DNA of 64,000 nt from an uncultured Flavobacteriales bacterium (GTDB taxonomy: Bacteria > Bacteroidota > Bacteroidia > Flavobacteriales_D > Sanyastnellaceae): the NCBI GenBank assembly GCA_905478325.1, contig CAJQIB010000010.1, positions 3,773-67,772 on the forward strand, in the 5' to 3' direction. Below, piece by piece: positions 60,569 through 64,000 of this stretch (position 1 is its first letter; each line of letters starts with the position of its first letter). A program made the translations under genes and the position numbers. The notes under the pieces are model-generated. The model had not been told where the DNA came from. It made no database searches and saw only the letters and a list, made by a program, of their open reading frames with translations.

Positions 60569-61189
60569 TTAGCGCTTCTTCTTCTTGCCCTTCCAGCGGT
60601 CAAGAGCGTCACTCGTCTTGCGCTTGCTCTTCAAGATTTCAGCTGAACTTACCAATTCAGTTTCCTCGGGGAGAATGAGCTGTCCTTCGCTCATCTCCTT
60701 GAGTTGCTCGCGGATCAAGGCATTTTCAACTGTACTTCGATTCCACGTCAAAAAGTGGCGCTTCATGAGGTTGGCAATCGTCAAAATCAACGCAGCCTTT
60801 TCCTCTCCTTCTTCGTATGCTTTTGCTTTTTCAATCAACTCCCGGGTCATGGCCCCGTAGTGGCCCAAACGCGAAGTCGCTCCCGGGTATGTCAAACGTT
60901 CCGGTGTTTCTTCCCGAGACTCCCTTGTTGGGGTTTCAAACGGACAGTCCACATCCAAATCGTAGTCCGCCATGAAAAAGAGTTGACCCCAGAGTTTTTT
61001 CTCAGAGTCTTCTTTGTCTCCCTCCTGGGCAACAATTGAACCCATGATACTTACAATAGCGGTCGCGCAATGATTGCGTTCTTCTCGATCAGCCAGCGAC
61101 TTTAGATGGCTGACCATCTGATGAATGGTTCTTCCATACTCCGGTATGGACAGGTCATCGCGGGTGCTGTTATACGTCATTTCAACCAT
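60569..61189 (-). CDS. DUF4290 domain-containing protein
   Basis: YNSTRDDLSIPEYGRTIHQMV N-terminus typical of the family, which sits upstream of murA in Bacteroidota. Confidence 0.7.
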   Translation of the reverse strand: MVEMTYNSTRDDLSIPEYGRTIHQMVSHLKSLADREERNHCATAIVSIMGSIVAQEGDKEDSEKKLWGQLFFMADYDLDVDCPFETPTRESREETPERLTYPGATSRLGHYGAMTRELIEKAKAYEEGEEKAALILTIANLMKRHFLTWNRSTVENALIREQLKEMSEGQLILPEETELVSSAEILKSKRKTSDALDRWKGKKKKR

Positions 61190-61231
61190 GGTCCGAAGTT
61201 ACGGATATCGCACGCCAATTGCACCACCCCT

Positions 61232-61822
61232 TCACCAAGATGGCCATTTCTCTGACCTGCGGTTCATCAGATCAGAAATCAATTCTAAAAACCGCGCTTC
61301 CAACGCGGCTTCTCCGACACGATCAACCGCTTTAAACAACTCGTTCAAGTTCGAATCCCATGCGATTCTCGCATCCATCGAGGTGCAGACTTGGAGCATT
61401 TTCCCCCTTTCCCCATATTCTTTCAACCAACGGTGTTCTGACATGGCAGTGAAAAACCGTTGGGTTCGATCAGGCATTTCATTTTTTCTCTGCGCTAAAA
61501 TGGACTCCACATGGTCTACAAAAGACTCTAACTGCCATTGGGGAAGAATCTGATTGAAATTCCGCGCAAGGAAATAATCATGCAGCAAATCCAGACCAAC
61601 ACCGGACATCCTCCCCAGTATGGGCCTTAAATCAGCGCGTGAAGCTTGGGACAGCAGATGCGCATCTGCCTCAGAATCAATCCACCGATGCAGCAGCACC
61701 CCCGCCGCAACTCCCTTCGGCAGCATACTGTGCGCACTGCCTTTAATGGAGTCGCCCATAAAATTGCCCACCATCAAATCGGGGTCAGGCCCCCCAATCA
61801 CCAAATGCGCCAAATAATTCAT
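61232..61822 (-). CDS. acpH: acyl carrier protein phosphodiesterase
   Basis: MNYLAHLVIG...GNFMGDSIKG N-terminal motifs, 196 aa. Confidence 0.8.
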   Translation of the reverse strand: MNYLAHLVIGGPDPDLMVGNFMGDSIKGSAHSMLPKGVAAGVLLHRWIDSEADAHLLSQASRADLRPILGRMSGVGLDLLHDYFLARNFNQILPQWQLESFVDHVESILAQRKNEMPDRTQRFFTAMSEHRWLKEYGERGKMLQVCTSMDARIAWDSNLNELFKAVDRVGEAALEARFLELISDLMNRRSEKWPSW

Positions 61823-61910
61823 GATGCAAATTTCGTTCGAGTCAATTGGCTAACTCACGTGTCTCCTAACTTTTTTTGCGCACATGCTTTGCTCCTGCGT
61901 TACACTTCCG

Positions 61911-61918
61911 TAAATTTG
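61911..61918 (+). promoter_or_regulatory. candidate tRNA-Gly promoter: -7 box TAAATTTG with -33 TTTG at 61888-61891
   Basis: TTTG-N19-TAAATTTG, about 31 nt before the mature tRNA 5' end. Confidence 0.55.
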
Positions 61919-61949
61919 CCGTCCTCGGTTTGAAAGCAAACCGCAGTAT

Positions 61950-62021
61950 GCGAGAATAGCTCAGTGGTAGAGCACAACCTTGCCAAGGTTGGGGTCGCGA
62001 GTTCGAATCTCGTTTCTCGCT
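61950..62021 (+). tRNA. tRNA-Gly (anticodon GCC)
   Basis: Hand-folded cloverleaf: acceptor GCGAGAA/TTCTCGC, D arm GCTC-AGTGGTA-GAGC, anticodon arm CAACC-TTGCCAA-GGTTG, T arm GCGAG-TTCGAAT-CTCGT. CCA is not encoded. Confidence 0.93.
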
Positions 62022-62026
62022 CAATG

Positions 62027-62057
62027 AAAAAGCCTCCCGTTGTGGGAGGCTTTTTTT
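62027..62057 (+). terminator. intrinsic terminator after tRNA-Gly
   Basis: Stem gcctccc/gggaggc, 5-nt loop, T7 run. Confidence 0.85.
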
Positions 62058-62120
62058 ATTCGTGGTAGCTTTGCCGCGCTTCGGACAACCAAAAGCACAT
62101 TGAATCTTAACGAATTACGC

Positions 62121-62552
62121 ATGCACGCAACCATTACGACAGACCAAGGCACCTTGAAAGTGGAGTTTTTTGAAAAAGACGCTCCCAACACGGTGGCCAA
62201 TTTTGTCAAACTTGCAAAAGAAGGCTTTTACAACGGCTTGAAGTTCCATCGGGTCATTCCTGGATTTGTCGCCCAAGGTGGCTGTCCACAAGGCATCGGA
62301 AGCGGTGGACCCGGTTACAACATCGATTGCGAATTGAACGGTGAGAACCAGTTTCACGACAAAGGAGTTTTGTCCATGGCGCATGCCGGTCGAAACACAG
62401 GAGGCTCTCAGTTCTTCTTGGTTCACAGCCGAGAAGCGACCTCACACCTTGATCGCCAGCACACGTGTTTTGGCAAGGTGACGGAAGGCTTGGACCTCGT
62501 CACTCAAATCGCACAAGGCGACACGTTCTCTGTGGAGATCGTCGAAGACTAA
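62121..62552 (+). CDS. peptidylprolyl isomerase, cyclophilin type
   Basis: [17 protein letters not shown] start; [13 protein letters not shown] and [15 protein letters not shown] motifs. The ORF-track extension runs into the tRNA terminator. Confidence 0.93.
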   Translation: MHATITTDQGTLKVEFFEKDAPNTVANFVKLAKEGFYNGLKFHRVIPGFVAQGGCPQGIGSGGPGYNIDCELNGENQFHDKGVLSMAHAGRNTGGSQFFLVHSREATSHLDRQHTCFGKVTEGLDLVTQIAQGDTFSVEIVED

Positions 62553-62553
62553 G

Positions 62554-63843
62554 TCAGTCTAGGGCCCATTGAGCTCCCGACTCCAAAGCACGCATCATTT
62601 CCAGCAAAAGCACATCGCTTTGAATGGAGTTTAGCGTAGTGTGAGCCCGCAGGCTCTGGCGCTCGAGTTGAATCCGTTCAAATGGCGTGACCAAGCCCTG
62701 GCTTTCTCGATCCAATGATTGAGCCAGGGCTTCATCTGCCTGACTTACTGACGCACTTTGCTGAACCAATGCTTCATTGAGCAGCGCGACGCGCCTGTCC
62801 AGACTGGTCAGTTGCGCGGCATGCTCCTGGTCCCAAGCCAACGCGTCGGCTTGCCTGAAAGCCACCTGCGCAGCTGCTTGACCTTTGTCTCCTCCGGGAA
62901 GCAATCGATCCAACGGAATGCTCCACATCAAAGCGCCGACCCATTGGGTGGTGGGGGCCAAGGAGGAGAAGTCTGCGCCGAAGCCATTCAACATCGGACT
63001 GAATCGAAGCTCGGGCAGCCAGAGCTCTCGGGTCAACCCATTTTGTAAAGATTCCGCTTGGTCTATCCGGGCTACCAAAGCTGATTGTTCAGGCCAGACA
63101 GCAGTCGCATCCTTGCTGAAAAGTGCTTTCAAGACAGGCCAATCAACACTCAAAGGCATCGTTTCCTGAACTCCCAACACCGACCATAGCGCTGCCAACA
63201 TCGCTTCACGTGCGGCGCGTAACTGAAGGACTTGACTCTCCAAATGAAGCCGTTCAGATGCTGCCGATAGTGCCTCGGAACGCGGGCGCAACCCCGACTC
63301 CACCAACCAGTTCAACTCTTGTTCGTATTGCCTCCAAGCCTCGATTGAGGCTGCATGCAACGCCTCGTCCTGAGCGGACGCGACTGCAGCCACGAATGCC
63401 GCCATGCACGCCAAAATCCGTTGGTCGCGTTCTGCCGCAACTTCCCACGTGACGGCTTCTTGGTGGAATCCCGCCGATTCTTGGGCCGTCCAAGACTGGG
63501 CCACATCGCCACCCAGCCGCAATTCTGCCATCCACTGGCTGTTGCGGGCGACAACGTCAGGTAAGATCTCGCCAGCGACATTCATGGAACTGCCTTCCCG
63601 CGAAAAGGACTGACCACCGATTACGGCAGAAGGAATCCACCAGCGCCTGGCTGACTCCAAAGTACTTTGGGCCTCCAACAAACGCGCTTGGTTGCGCATT
63701 TCTTGCGCCGGAGCCTGCGAAGCAAGCTCAATGAGCGATTGCGCCGTGAGGACATTCCCAGACATCTCGGCTACTTGCGCTTGCACATGGATGGTAGCCA
63801 ACACCATCAAAACCATCGGAGCGATGCGATTGCCTTGACTCAT
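62554..63843 (-). CDS. TolC-family outer membrane efflux protein
   Basis: 429 aa, signal peptide, two long helical repeat halves rich in A/L/Q/E; ATGA overlap with the upstream adaptor gene. Confidence 0.78.
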   Translation of the reverse strand: MSQGNRIAPMVLMVLATIHVQAQVAEMSGNVLTAQSLIELASQAPAQEMRNQARLLEAQSTLESARRWWIPSAVIGGQSFSREGSSMNVAGEILPDVVARNSQWMAELRLGGDVAQSWTAQESAGFHQEAVTWEVAAERDQRILACMAAFVAAVASAQDEALHAASIEAWRQYEQELNWLVESGLRPRSEALSAASERLHLESQVLQLRAAREAMLAALWSVLGVQETMPLSVDWPVLKALFSKDATAVWPEQSALVARIDQAESLQNGLTRELWLPELRFSPMLNGFGADFSSLAPTTQWVGALMWSIPLDRLLPGGDKGQAAAQVAFRQADALAWDQEHAAQLTSLDRRVALLNEALVQQSASVSQADEALAQSLDRESQGLVTPFERIQLERQSLRAHTTLNSIQSDVLLLEMMRALESGAQWALD

Positions 63844-64000
63844 GATGCGCGTTTGACTTGGGTCCGGTCACCAACACTCACTAAACCACGGCCCGCTGTT
63901 ATGAACTGCGTGGTGGCATCGATACCGGCACCCTGAATAGCCAATCGGGTTTTGTCTTCCGCTATGACTTTCAAAGCAATCTCCTTGACAACACCGTCTA
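63840..64000 (-). CDS. efflux periplasmic adaptor (membrane fusion protein), C-terminal fragment; 5' part outside window
   Basis: Hand translation of the minus strand gives ...DGVVKEIALKVIAEDKTRLAIQGAGIDATTQFITAGRGLVSVGDRTQVKRAS*. Open to the window edge; its stop overlaps the TolC start. Confidence 0.6.
   Translation of the reverse strand, partial: DGVVKEIALKVIAEDKTRLAIQGAGIDATTQFITAGRGLVSVGDRTQVKRAS

Overview
The window is a core-genome segment from a Bacteroidota-type chromosome. Three things support that assignment: two proteins carry T9SS C-terminal sorting domains, GWxTD, DUF4290 and DUF5684 family genes are present, and TAnnTTTG -7 promoter boxes recur while Shine-Dalgarno sites are not obvious. 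Coding density is very high on both strands. The centre (20.6-38.5 kb, minus strand) is one uninterrupted str-S10-spc-alpha ribosomal superoperon: rpsL-rpsG-fusA-rpsJ-rplCDWB-rpsS-rplV-rpsC-rplP-rpmC-rpsQ-rplNXE-rpsNH-rplFR-rpsE-rpmD-rplO-secY-map-infA-rpmJ-rpsMKD-rpoA-rplQ. It has no tuf or adk, and carA and eno follow it. rpmJ and rpmD are below the ORF-track size cutoff, so I translated them by hand. The flanks carry housekeeping genes. These include envelope genes (lpxK, lpxH, murA, hldD, an M23 peptidase, an OmpA/PD40 lipoprotein) and cofactor genes (lipA, folE, queD). They also include DNA repair genes (rmuC, a uvrD/pcrA-like helicase), chaperones (grpE, dnaJ), alaS, an ABC-2 exporter, a TolC/adaptor efflux pair and one tRNA-Gly(GCC). 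I see no CRISPR array, transposase, integrase, phage module, toxin-antitoxin pair or recognisable defence or biosynthetic island. I therefore cannot point to a convincing novel multi-gene system. Six observations deserve a second look. (1) A receiver-AAA+ sigma-54 activator lacks any DNA-binding domain, and a near-consensus -24/-12 promoter sits in front of its own gene. (2) A secreted member of the agmatine-deiminase/PAD family has the signal peptide + catalytic + Ig-like + T9SS-CTD architecture. (3) A -7 box lies exactly 4 nt upstream of the ATG at seven genes, which implies leaderless mRNAs. (4) A COG1579 zinc-ribbon protein has all four ribbon cysteines substituted. (5) Ribosomal protein L17 carries a repeat-built acidic C-terminal tail. 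(6) A 38-codon lipoprotein-like small ORF lies antisense to the osmC 3' end. All functional calls come from reading the translated ORFs and known family motifs; no database search was run.
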